From the IMG/VR virus record IMGVR_UViG_3300000301_000068: 9,005 bases of DNA. One strand, 5' to 3'. Position numbers and translations under genes: made by a program. This stretch comes from a virus. Its lineage: Duplodnaviria > Heunggongvirae > Uroviricota > Caudoviricetes. This document shows positions 1 through 8,402 of the stretch, in pieces. The notes under the pieces were generated by a model that saw nothing but the letters and a program-made list of their open reading frames with translations, was not told the origin of the DNA and did not search any database. Each line of letters begins with the position of its first letter. Position 1 is the stretch's first letter.

Positions 1-2309
1 TTTTTAAACCACTGCCACGCGGCCTGTAACTTTTCGCCCAGCCAGTCAAACACCGGCTTCAGTGGCGTGAACAGTTCCCCCACCGGCGCAAATGCCGCTT
101 TCAGCCCTTCAACCACACCGCCAAAGAATGCGCTGACAGGCTCCCAGTATTTACGGATAAGCAACGCCCCGGCGACAATGGCGGCCACCACGGCCACAAC
201 CGGCCAGCTAATCGCCCCGATGGCCGTCATAACAGCACTGCCAACTGTCGTGAAGATTGCCCCCATTGCGCCTGCTGCCGCGATAATGGCATTGATGCCG
301 GTGATAACCGGCCAGGCTACAAGACCAATGGCACCGATGATGCCAGTAAGCGCCAGCGCGCCACCGACAATGAGGCCGATGGTTGACGCCAGTGATTTGT
401 TTTTCTGGATCCAGCCGTCGAGTTTTAACACATACTTTGTGGCCGTCTGAGTGAGCTTACGCAGTGCGCCTTCCTGCTGGTCAAACAGGTCAGTCCCCAC
501 CGCCTCATAAGCGGACTGAAACTCCTTAAAGTCNNNNNNNNNNNNNNNNNNNNNNNNNNNNNNNNNNNNNNNNNNNNNNNNNNNNNNNNNNNNNNNNNNN
601 NNNNNNNNNNNNNNNNNNNNNNNNNNNNNNNNNNNNNNNNNNNNNNNNNNNNNNNNNNNNNNNNNNGCTTTAAACGCAGCGGTCAGTTTGTCCAGCTTTC
701 CAGTTGAGGCGGCAGTCATCAGCACGGCGGCGGCTGAGCTGGCCTCCTCCCCGAAAATAGTTTTCATGTATTCAGCCTGCTGGGCAGTACCGAGCCGGTT
801 TTTCTCAAAACTGGCCTGCATTTCNNNNNNNNNNNNNNNNNNNNNNNNNNNNNNNNNNNNNNNNNNNNNNNNNNNNNNNNNNNNNNNNNNNNNNNNNNNN
901 NNNNNNNNNNNNAATGGTAAATATTGGTCGGGTATTCCCCTTACTGTCTGAGGTTTTCACGCCAAGCTCTTTGAGTGCATCCCATGCTTTTCCCGTTGGT
1001 GCCTGCAGGCGACTTAACACGGCACGGCTTCCCGTCCCCGCCATTGNNNNNNNNNNNNNNNNNNNNNNNNNNNNNNNNNNNNNNNNNNNNNNNNNNNNNN
1101 NNNNNNNNNNNNNNNNNNNNNNNNNNNNNNNNNNNNNNNNNNNNNNNNNNNNNNNNNNNNNNNNNNNNNNNNNNNNNNNNNNNNNNNNNNNNNNNNNNNN
1201 NNNNNNNNNNNNNNNNNNNNNNNNNNCATCGCTCATGCCGTCAAAATCGGCGGCGGTTTTGTTCATCGTCATGGAGAGAACATCCCCGATATGAGCGACC
1301 TTATCGTTTGAAAGCTGAAAGGCGGATTTCATCCCCATCAACAGGGCGGCGTTTTCTTCCATCGTGCGACGGTTCGCCAGCGCCATATTCAGCGTGACCG
1401 GCGTTGCCGCCTGAATGGCATCAACATCCCCGCCGGCTTTCGCAATGATAATCTGCGCACCGGCTGCATCATCCGCCGAGGCGGCGGTGTTGTCGCCGAG
1501 CTGGCGCGCCTGCTTGCGTAGCGCGGCCATTTCTGCGGAGTCTTTTGCCACACCGAGCACGGCCTGTAATTCTGAGTTTTTCTGCGCAAACTCATAACCG
1601 GGCATCAGTAGCTTAACACCGGCCATCGTTCCCGCCGCCGCAATCCCCACACCGGCAGCGCCCACTGAGGCCATATTTCCGGCCAGTTCCTTTCCGGCCT
1701 GATAACGCTGTTTGACTGCGTTAAGTTTTGCCTGTTGTGCACTGACACGCGCCAGTGCGTCGCGCTGACGGTTAAGTTGTGCGGTGGTTTCACTGATACG
1801 GTTTTTCAGCCCCTGCTCATCATGTGCAAGATTGCGGGTATTAATTCCCACAGCGGCCAGTTCCCGCTGCTGGCGTTTAACGGAATCCGTCAGGCGGTTA
1901 TATTTCGCCTGTAAGTCCTCCGCCGCACGCTTTGCGGATTCCAGCACTTTCGCCTGAGCACGGGTCGGACGTTCGGTGTTTTTAAACTGTGTGGCAAGGG
2001 CTTCGGCCTCCTGCCGTGCCTTTTCAAGTGCATGACCAGTCACAGCGAGCTGTGCACTGGTCTTGCGGAATCCCTCAATACGGGATGCGTGACCGTTCAG
2101 CTCGCGCAGTGATTTTTGTGTTTCCCGGATATCCCCCGACAGCGATCTGCTCGCTGTACGGATGGATTTAAACGGGCGGGATGCCTGGTCAACAGCCCTG
2201 AGCAATACCTGTNNNNNNNNNNCTTGCTCGCTGTGCGGATGGATTTAAACGGGCGGGATGCCTGGTCAACAGCCCTGAGCAATACCTGTAATTTTACATT
2301 GTTACTCAT
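1..2309 (-). CDS. T: Phage tail tape measure protein (P2 gpT-like); 3' end runs off the window start
   Basis: Minus-strand ATG at 2309-2307 (MSNNVKLQVLLRAVDQASRPFKSIRTAS...) with GGAAG 6 nt upstream. Long coiled-coil-like Q/R/A/E/L-rich sequence (track ORF 805..2205), then my own translation of 667-824 (EMQASFEKNRLGTAQQAEYMKTIFGEEASSAAAVLMTAASTGKLDKLTAAFK) and a Gly/Ala-rich hydrophobic segment encoded antisense to plus ORF 67..450. Sits directly after E+E' as in P2. Interrupted by N-runs 534-666, 825-912, 1047-1226 and by the 10-N join at 2213-2222 with duplicated flanks, so the frame looks broken in the track. Confidence 0.85.
2145..2290. repeat. Uncollapsed contig overlap: 2145-2212 repeats 2223-2290 across a 10-N gap (2213-2222); likely assembly artefact
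   Basis: About 65 nt (ctcgctgt[a/g]cggatggatttaaacgggcgggatgcctggtcaacagccctgagcaatacctgt) occur on both sides of the N10 run. The single internal difference is a synonymous third-position change (cgt/cgc, Arg) in the T reading frame. The few bases adjoining the gap differ, as expected for contig ends. Confidence 0.7.
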
Positions 2310-2729
2310 TCGTGCTTCCGCTTCGCCGGAGCGCCTTTTCACGCCATGTGATGAGTTCGGTCAGGCTCATGGGATACAGTTCTGATGGCGGCCAGTGAAA
2401 TATCACTGCCACATCCGCCATCAGGTCATCGACCGACAGATTTTTCGGGAACGTCACTGCACCGAGTTCGGCGACAAAAAACCGACCACCTTACCGGCCA
2501 GCGCCACAAGGTCAGGCAGTTCCAGCGCGGCGACCTCCTGCTCGGTCAGCATCGGTGCCGTCATGCGCGGCAGCACTTTAATCAGTGCATCGACTTCAGA
2601 GTTTGCGACCGCAGCCAGACTGACACCGCGCAGCGTCCCCGCACAGGGTTTCATCAGCGTGACCTGTTCGATAACCTGCTCACCACGCTTGACCGGATTG
2701 TCCAGGGTAATCACATTTTCTTTGTTCAT
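2302..2729 (-). CDS. E+E': E+E' tail assembly chaperone fusion made by programmed -1 ribosomal frameshift (P2 gpE+E'-like)
   Basis: The -1 frame from the slippery site at 2481-2475 stays open for about 58 codons (VAELGAVTFPKNLSVDDLMADVAVIFHWPPSELYPMSLTELITWREKALRRSGSTNE) and stops at TAA 2304-2302. That stop overlaps the T start as ATGAGTAA. I translated this by hand; the arrangement matches the known P2 E/E' and lambda G/GT pattern. Confidence 0.65.
2454..2729 (-). CDS. E: Phage tail protein E (tail assembly chaperone, zero-frame product)
   Basis: 91-aa ORF MNKENVITLDNPVKRGEQVIEQVTLMKPCAGTLRGVSLAAVANSEVDALIKVLPRMTAPMLTEQEVAALELPDLVALAGKVVGFLSPNSVQ, near-identical to my recollection of P2 gpE. 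Lies between the tube gene and the tape measure. Stop is TGA at 2456-2454. Confidence 0.8.
   Translation of the reverse strand: MNKENVITLDNPVKRGEQVIEQVTLMKPCAGTLRGVSLAAVANSEVDALIKVLPRMTAPMLTEQEVAALELPDLVALAGKVVGFLSPNSVQ
2475..2481 (-). other. Slippery heptamer T_TTT_TTG for the E to E' -1 frameshift
   Basis: Minus strand reads GGT TTT TTG in the E frame (plus strand caaaaaa at 2475-2481), giving an X_XXY_YYZ heptamer 8 codons before the E stop. The -1 frame is open from here to the T start. Confidence 0.6.
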
Positions 2730-2757
2730 GGTTTTCTCACTTCTGAATCAGGGTTAA

Positions 2758-2778
2758 CCGGTCAGCCAGGCTGACCGG
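2758..2778 (-). promoter_or_regulatory. Perfect GC-rich hairpin (9-bp stem, 3-nt loop) in the FII-E intergenic region; possible attenuator or mRNA processing/stability element
   Basis: ccggtcagc-cag-gctgaccgg is a perfect inverted repeat starting 7 nt after the FII stop (TGA at 2788-2786). No U-run follows on the minus strand, so it is not a canonical intrinsic terminator. Confidence 0.4.
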
Positions 2779-2785
2779 ATGAAAA

Positions 2786-3498
2786 TCACAGGCCGATATT
2801 GCGGCGGTGTTGCTCCAGCCGGTCGACGCCATTCACCTTCTCAATCATGTTAATGGTGTCGATTTCGACCAGTTCCTTACCGTCCATCGTCAGCCGGAAA
2901 TAGGTGCAGACCACGGAGATTTTCGACTCGGTGTCTTCTCCCTGTTTACCCTCGCCGGTGTCGATTTCTTTCTGACGGCCACGCATGACCACTTCGACGG
3001 CCACCGTTTCGCCGGTATCGTCACGCTGGTAAGAGCCTGCAAAACGAATCGGCACGGCATCCACACCGGTTGCGGCGTAAAGTTCCCAGATAACCGAATC
3101 CGGGAAGCCCCCGAGCNNNNNNNNNNATCTTCTCCCTGTTTCCCCTCGCCGGTGTCGATTTCTTTCTGACGTCCACGCATGACCACCTCGACGGCCACCG
3201 TTTCGCCGGTATCGTCACGCTGGTAAGAACCAGCAAAACGAATCGGCACGGCATCCACACCGGTTGCGGCGTAAAGCTCCCAGATAACCGAATCCGGGAA
3301 GCCCCCGAGCGACCACTCCATTGACAGCGCATCGTCATCAAGGCCGAGGTCTACCGGTGCGCTGCCGTTCATCCCCGCACCGCGATAATTTTCGAGCTTA
3401 CGGGTCAGTTTTGGCAGCGTGACGGACGTTGCAACGCCCTGATAGCTGTAGCCGTTCAGAAAGACATTCATGTATTTGAGTTTGCGCGGCATTGCCAT
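2786..3498 (-). CDS. FII: Tail tube protein (P2 gpFII-like); frame broken in this assembly by a 183-bp duplicated overlap and 10-N gap
   Basis: ATG at 3498-3496 with GGAG 8 nt upstream (MAMPRKLKYMNVFLNGYSYQGVATSVTLPKLTRKLENYRGAGMNGSAPVDLGLDDDALSMEWSLGGFPDSVIWELYAATGVDAVPIRFAGSYQRDDTGETVAVEVVMRGRQKEIDTGEGKQGED...). The C-terminal part ...TESKISVVCTYFRLTMDGKELVEIDTINMIEKVNGVDRLEQHRRNIGL ends at 2786. Removing 2934-3127 restores a single 172-codon ORF, the expected size for a P2-type tube protein. Confidence 0.8.
2934..3310. repeat. Uncollapsed overlap: 2934-3116 and 3128-3310 are about 97% identical (6 differences) across a 10-N gap (3117-3126)
   Basis: Direct comparison of the two 183-nt copies. 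All six differences are third-codon-position synonymous changes in the FII frame (ggt/ggg, ggc/gga, gaa/gag, gca/gct, ggc/ggt, gaa/gag). Both copies encode the identical peptide DAVPIRFAGSYQRDDTGETVAVEVVMRGRQKEIDTGEGKQGED. Confidence 0.75.
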
Positions 3499-3510
3499 CG
3501 GTCAGGCTCC

Positions 3511-4849
3511 TTAATTGCTGTTAACCGAGGTGACCAGATTTGCCAGGTATTTATCGGTAATACGCTGGCGCAGGGTCAGGTTTTCGAGAGGAGGCACCGG
3601 GGTATAGTCGTAGTCGATATACAGTTTTCCGGCCTTGAGGGTTTCCGCATCGTTGGATTCTTCGCTGAACCAGCAGGTCGCATCCACGATATAGCCGTTT
3701 GTTTTCAGCTCTCGGAATTTGGCATTGATGCCGTCAACGATGTCGCGAATCAGCGTTGCGGTGATGGGCTTGTCCACCGCCCACATGTGCGCCTCAGCCA
3801 TCGTGTCGGCCAGCACCTGCGCGGTGCGGGTGTAGTTTTCAAAGAGGAACAGCGGGTCATCAGAGCAGGTACGGTTACCCCAGAAGCGGAAACCGTCGCG
3901 GCGAATCAGCGTAGTGACGCCTGACTCGTTAAGCAGGTCAGCATCGGTGCCGGACTCCTGCAAATCCCAGAATACGGACGCGCTGATGCCGGTAACACCG
4001 TTCACCCCGACGTTGGACAGCGTTTTATGCCAGCCCTGCTCCTGGTCGATTTTAGCACGCAGCCCCAGCGCACGGGCGGTGGCATACGCGGTGGCGGTGG
4101 TACTGGTGACCGTATCCCATGCGAGGAAATCCGGCCAGATGACCATCAGCTCACGCTGGCTGAAATTCTGGCGGTAGGCTTTCACCTCGGAAATAGTTTT
4201 ACAGCCCCATGCGCTGATATACCCGAAAGCGCGCAGCTTCTGACAGACTGATGCCAGTGCAACAGCCACCTCTTTGGTATCCAGCCCCGGCACACCAAGA
4301 ATACGCGGTTTAACANNNNNNNNNNNNNNNNNNNNNNNNNNNNNNNNNNNNNNNNNNNNNNNNNNNNNNNNNNNNNNNNNNNNNNNNNNNNNNNNNNNNN
4401 NNNNNNNNNNNNNNNNNNNNNNNNNNNNNNNNNNNNNNNNNNNNGGTGGTTCCGATGATATTGGAAACAGTCTGCGCGAGTTTCGTTTCCTCGTCGTCGC
4501 CGGTGCCGTCTTCCACGCGCACAACAACGGTGACCGGTTTTGACTGGTCGGCGATGGCCTGCAGCGACGCCGCCAGCGTGCCTTTTTTACCGGCCTTTGC
4601 AATTGCGCTCTGCACATTNNNNNNNNNNNNNNNNNNNNNNNNNNNNNNNNNNNNNNNNNNNNNNNNNNNNNNNNNNNNNNNNNNNNNNNNNNNNNNNNNN
4701 NNNNNNNNNNNNNNNNNNNNNNNNNNNNNNNNNNNNNNNNNNNNNNNNNNNNNNNNNNNNNNNCCGACAATGGCGGTGGATACGGTGGAAATGACGCGGG
4801 TGCCGTCGTTAATCTCCAGCACCTGCACGCCATGATGATAGTCGCTCAT
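3511..4849 (-). CDS. FI: Contractile tail sheath protein (P2 gpFI-like); interrupted by N-runs 4316-4444 and 4619-4763
   Basis: ATG at 4849-4847 with GGAG 9 nt upstream. N-terminus [28 protein letters not shown], middle segment [58 protein letters not shown], and long C-terminal part [37 protein letters not shown]...[25 protein letters not shown] ending at TAA 3513-3511. The frame changes across the 4316-4444 N-run, which is why the track splits it into two ORFs. Confidence 0.85.
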
Positions 4850-4854
4850 CCGTT

Positions 4855-4945
4855 TAACTCCGTGGTTAATGGGTGAGTGGTATTTTCAGTTGTGCCGGAG
4901 ATGTCAGGCTATTTGTCCCGGTTGGCTAATCGACAGCACAACCAC
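4855..4945 (-). promoter_or_regulatory. Putative late promoter region for the FI-FII-E-T operon (P2 PF-like position)
   Basis: Positional inference only: about 90 nt between the intrinsic terminator and the FI RBS. It contains a -10-like tgaaaat about 35 nt upstream of the ATG and a TGT...ACA partial dyad (TGT-N16-ACA) further upstream. The exact Ogr-box consensus I recall (TGT-N12-ACA) is not present. Confidence 0.3.
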
Positions 4946-4949
4946 CGGT

Positions 4950-4976
4950 AAAGAAAAGGCGGGCAATCAGCCCGCC
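4950..4976 (-). terminator. Rho-independent terminator ending the tail-fibre operon downstream of G
   Basis: Minus strand reads GGCGGGC-tgatt-GCCCGCC followed by TTTTCTTT, starting 5 nt after the G stop codon. Confidence 0.65.
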
Positions 4977-4981
4977 TGTGT

Positions 4982-5560
4982 TTATTGCGGTAGTTCCGGC
5001 CATTCAATATCCGGGGCATTTTCCGGCTGAACGCGATTCAGTAGCACACGGTATTTTTTCCAGTGTGTCAGGCTTAACTTTTCTTCCTCGGTAGCCATAT
5101 CTAAATCGACAGCATCCTGCAGAGTGGCAATAATTTCACCTGCATATGCAATCTGCTCTTTCTTCTGAGACTCCGCCGCTCTGACAAGCGCATCACGTTC
5201 TGCATTCTCATCATTCACCCACGCATTTCCGTCCCATTTCTGATAATCCCCCTCCGGGGAAATAGCTGTCACGTCTGGAGGTAATACGCCAAGTTCAGAA
5301 ATATAAATGGCTGCTCCTGTTTTCGTTTCGTAGACGGTCTTTCCGCGATGGTCTTCCATCAGTTCCCATTTCATTTCATCTGCATTGAAAACGGCTGCAT
5401 AACCAGCAGGAATATCAGGTGGTGCAATATCTGTACTGTTTGCAGGCAGGCCAGTATACGGCGGAATATATGCATCACTTTCGCCAATAAACTCATTGGT
5501 TCCATTAAGTAAATTGAAAACGCGGATAGTTTGTGCTTCTGCACTCATTCTGAAAGCCAT
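4982..5560 (-). CDS. G: Tail fibre assembly protein (chaperone); lambda Tfa-like N-terminal half in the P2 gpG position
   Basis: 192-aa [57 protein letters not shown]...[38 protein letters not shown]. The C-terminal [11 protein letters not shown]...EWPE motif is characteristic of the Tfa family. Its ATG overlaps the H stop (TAATG). Confidence 0.8.
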   Translation of the reverse strand: MAFRMSAEAQTIRVFNLLNGTNEFIGESDAYIPPYTGLPANSTDIAPPDIPAGYAAVFNADEMKWELMEDHRGKTVYETKTGAAIYISELGVLPPDVTAISPEGDYQKWDGNAWVNDENAERDALVRAAESQKKEQIAYAGEIIATLQDAVDLDMATEEEKLSLTHWKKYRVLLNRVQPENAPDIEWPELPQ

Positions 5561-8235
5561 TATGCAAGCCTCACAATATAGTTAAATGCGATGTTTTTGA
5601 CGGTGTTTTCGGTATTACCCGTAGCATTTACCGTGATGGTGTGCCCGTGCGCACCTAATGCTACAGTGTGTGCATGGGCACCAATACCTACAGTGTGGTT
5701 ATGCTGACCAATATCCACCGTATGGGCGTGCGCTCCGGCTGTGCTGGACACCTGATTGTTTCCTGAAGCCTGTACACGCTGTTTTCCACCGACAGAGTCG
5801 CCGCCATAAACACCACCGACAGTGTGCGTATGATTGCCCGTATTGTTCGTTGATTTTGTGCCATGGTTAAACGTACTGACTGTCTTCGTGCCGTAATCAA
5901 ATGAACTGGTCGTTTTCGTCCCTAAATCCGTATTTGACGCACTGGCGCTGTGAGTATGCGATTTAATCCCGTCCTGTTCCTGTGACAATACAGCACGTCC
6001 ACTGGCGGGNNNNNNNNNNNNNNNNNNNNNNNNNNNNNNNNNNNNNNNNNNNNNNNNNNNNNNNNNNNNNNNNNNNNNNNNNNNNNNNNNNNNNCCCTTG
6101 ATTGTCCAGCCGCGCATATCTGGAATAACACCAGAAGGATAGGCAATAGCCAGTTTAGGATATGCTGCCTTATCAAACGTCTGCCCCTGCATAATTGCAT
6201 AGCCTGCAGGTGGTGTATCTGATGGCCACGGCAGCGGAACACCTGGCGGAAACGCTTCAATATTTGCCGAGCCGTCAAATTTTACGCCGTTAATTGTCCT
6301 TGCCGTTTTCAGCTTTGTTGCTGTAGCCGCATTGCCGGACAGTTCACCAGAAAGGCCTGCACTGAATGTCTGTTTTGCCTCCCATGTCTGGGCTTCGTCG
6401 ATAATTGGTAGCCGACGAATATTGAAGCTACGCTCCCCAGGATTGCCATATAAGCGGACTGTAAAAAAACGATAGTTGGTTTTGTTTGAAGTGCTGCGCC
6501 ATACCTGCATTGAACGGGCGACACCTCCGCCTTCACTGGGGCCAACAGTGATATTTATCAGGTTAGTATCAATGACGCCCCATTCCATCCCATCGGGAAT
6601 ATTGGTCATATCTGAAAGCCTGACAGTTATCATGCTGCCCGGTATAAAGTCGTAGGTCTGCCAGTCCAGATTGGATAACCTGTCGGTAACACCGCCGACA
6701 CCTAATTTAGTGAGTAATGATTTTGAGTTGTATACTTCCGCCCATTCCCCCCAGTCAGTTTCACCGCTGGCGCGGGTTCGCTGAAATGTCCGGTTTTTAT
6801 AGGCATCCGTTGCTGAAACAGTCGTATATGTCTGGATATACGATTCAATATCGCAACGTTTTTTCACCTCGACTACCGAGCCAACAGCAAGATCTTTGTC
6901 GGTAAGTGGTGCATTTGTGGCCTGTTTCGTGACGCTATAAATACCAGGCTTTAAAAGGTCATCAAGATCCCCTGAATAAGTCCATCCCGTGGACTGATAC
7001 CCAACAGCAATCCAGTCCTCCCATTGTGGATTTTCTGCATCCCATGAGGCAGTCAGTCCGCGAATGTACATAGTCCCACTACGGGTGGTGTAACGTTGCA
7101 TCTTCCCATACAGACCGCCTTCAAAGACTTCCAGAATACCCTGCCCAAAACTCCCTTCCTCCGGGAAATGACGGTCAAATGAGGCTATTGATGTACTGCT
7201 ATTGCGCCATATTCCCAGGTGTTCCGCACCACCTAAAGAATTCAGGTCAATTGACGTGCTTAATGGGCGAGTCCCGCTTGTAATAACTCTCCATGCACTC
7301 CATACAGGACTGACAGGGTTCCATTCTGCATCAAGCATCCGAATGTAAATATTACCGGTTCGGGTGGTGTAGCGTTGTGTGCAGTGAAAGCGACCAGCAT
7401 TGAATACTTCCAGAACCCCATTGCCTTTATCTTCAGGGTAACCAGACTCTGGTTTTGCAGTGGATTGTGACGGACATGACCACGTTCCAAGATATTTTTC
7501 TTCTGGGCCATAGGAGTCAAGATTGTCAGTGGTTGGAATCATTCCATTGTGTTTCATAAACGTCAGGCTGGTAACGCCAATATTGTCCAGAAAAGCGCCC
7601 TTATCTGGAATATCGCCACCATTCTGGTCTTTCTGCAGACGTTTCTCAGCATTGTCATAGGCTGCTTTTACTGCCTTTGGCGTTGCCGCCAGCTTTTCAC
7701 TGGTGCTGTTTGTTGCACTGCTTAACTGAGTAAAACCTTTTTCTGTCAGCGTGGCGTCAGGATGGCGGCGGGACTGCTCATGCTCTGCGATTTTGTCATC
7801 GACGTAATCCTGCGTCGCCATCACTGTGCTGGCATCAATACTCAGCTCAACGGACGCCACATTGCTGAGAATAATAACCATGCGGCAGGTCTGCGCACGT
7901 CCGGAGCCTTCAGCCAGTTCTGGCTTATAGCTTTCTGCCATGTTGGATACCGCAATCAGTGTTCCGGCATCGTCATACAGACCAAGCTCACGCATCCAGA
8001 AGCCGCCCACTTCTGGCGGAACAACCAGTTCAGCCACGATATAGTTTTTATTCTTGTTATCCACGCTGACTTTATTCAGGGCGTGACGCCAGACCTCATG
8101 CACCAGTTTCGTCTGACCAGCATCCGGCACCGGCAATTTGCCATTACCGTCACCCACGGCCATTGCAGACAGAGTTACTTTTTTCCCGCCGGGGACAGTG
8201 GCGGCTGCCAGCTTCGCGGCTCCGGCAGTAGTGAT
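5560..8235 (-). CDS. H: Tail fibre protein (P2 gpH-like N-terminus, divergent distal receptor-binding region); 5' end hidden in N-run 8237-8402, internal N-run 6010-6094
   Basis: My translation upstream of the track ORF start gives [56 protein letters not shown]..., matching the conserved gpH N-terminus as I recall it, so the true start lies in the N-run. The ORF stays open to TAA 5562-5560 and ends ...[11 protein letters not shown]. It contains the PDMRG collar-like motif, an internal tandem domain repeat and a His-rich HxH C-terminal region. Confidence 0.85.
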   Translation of the reverse strand: MTTAGAAKLAAATVPGGKKVTLSAMAVGDGNGKLPVPDAGQTKLVHEVWRHALNKVSVDNKNKNYIVAELVVPPEVGGFWMRELGLYDDAGTLIAVSNMAESYKPELAEGSGRAQTCRMVIILSNVASVELSIDASTVMATQDYVDDKIAEHEQSRRHPDATLTEKGFTQLSSATNSTSEKLAATPKAVKAAYDNAEKRLQKDQNGGDIPDKGAFLDNIGVTSLTFMKHNGMIPTTDNLDSYGPEEKYLGTWSCPSQSTAKPESGYPEDKGNGVLEVFNAGRFHCTQRYTTRTGNIYIRMLDAEWNPVSPVWSAWRVITSGTRPLSTSIDLNSLGGAEHLGIWRNSSTSIASFDRHFPEEGSFGQGILEVFEGGLYGKMQRYTTRSGTMYIRGLTASWDAENPQWEDWIAVGYQSTGWTYSGDLDDLLKPGIYSVTKQATNAPLTDKDLAVGSVVEVKKRCDIESYIQTYTTVSATDAYKNRTFQRTRASGETDWGEWAEVYNSKSLLTKLGVGGVTDRLSNLDWQTYDFIPGSMITVRLSDMTNIPDGMEWGVIDTNLINITVGPSEGGGVARSMQVWRSTSNKTNYRFFTVRLYGNPGERSFNIRRLPIIDEAQTWEAKQTFSAGLSGELSGNAATATKLKTARTINGVKFDGSANIEAFPPGVPLPWPSDTPPAGYAIMQGQTFDKAAYPKLAIAYPSGVIPDMRGWTIKXXXXXXXXXXXXXXXXXXXXXXXXXXXXXPASGRAVLSQEQDGIKSHTHSASASNTDLGTKTTSSFDYGTKTVSTFNHGTKSTNNTGNHTHTVGGVYGGDSVGGKQRVQASGNNQVSSTAGAHAHTVDIGQHNHTVGIGAHAHTVALGAHGHTITVNATGNTENTVKNIAFNYIVRLA

Positions 8236-8402
8236 ANNNNNNNNNNNNNNNNNNNNNNNNNNNNNNNNNNNNNNNNNNNNNNNNNNNNNNNNNNNNNNNN
8301 NNNNNNNNNNNNNNNNNNNNNNNNNNNNNNNNNNNNNNNNNNNNNNNNNNNNNNNNNNNNNNNNNNNNNNNNNNNNNNNNNNNNNNNNNNNNNNNNNNNN
8401 NN

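Noticed and set aside
67-450. Plus-strand 127-aa ORF, low complexity and rich in Ala/Pro/Thr
   Set aside because: It is the antisense shadow of the Gly/Ala-rich hydrophobic segment of the minus-strand tape measure protein. The minus frame reads as genuine tape-measure sequence and continues off the window edge, which is why the track does not list it.
2385-2774. Plus-strand ORFs 2385..2774 and 2395..2757
   Set aside because: They overlap E and the E' extension on the opposite strand. The minus strand carries E and the frameshift-extended E', which explain the open frames.
2890-3498. Track ORFs 2890..3498 (202 aa) and 3021..3341 (106 aa) as separate or extended genes
   Set aside because: They are chimeric reads through the duplicated overlap and N10 join. 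The tails after the join are out-of-frame translations of the second copy. Collapsing the overlap gives one 172-aa tube protein.
4310-4849. FI appearing split into two ORFs, a possible sheath pseudogene
   Set aside because: The frame change coincides exactly with the N-run at 4316-4444, and all visible segments read as intact sheath protein. This is most simply a masking or length artefact. I cannot exclude a real frameshift without the hidden bases.
4855-4945. Canonical Ogr-type late promoter box (TGT-N12-ACA)
   Set aside because: I could not find an exact match; only TGT-N16-ACA and TGT-N12-CCA approximations are present. The promoter call is therefore positional and low confidence.
5560-8235. 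Diversity-generating retroelement or invertible host-range segment (Mu G / P1 C type) at the fibre locus
   Set aside because: There is no reverse transcriptase, no invertase (gin/cin-like) gene, no inverted second copy of the fibre 3' end or chaperone, and no template-repeat-like copy of the H tip in the window. The direct repeats I see are in-frame protein repeats.
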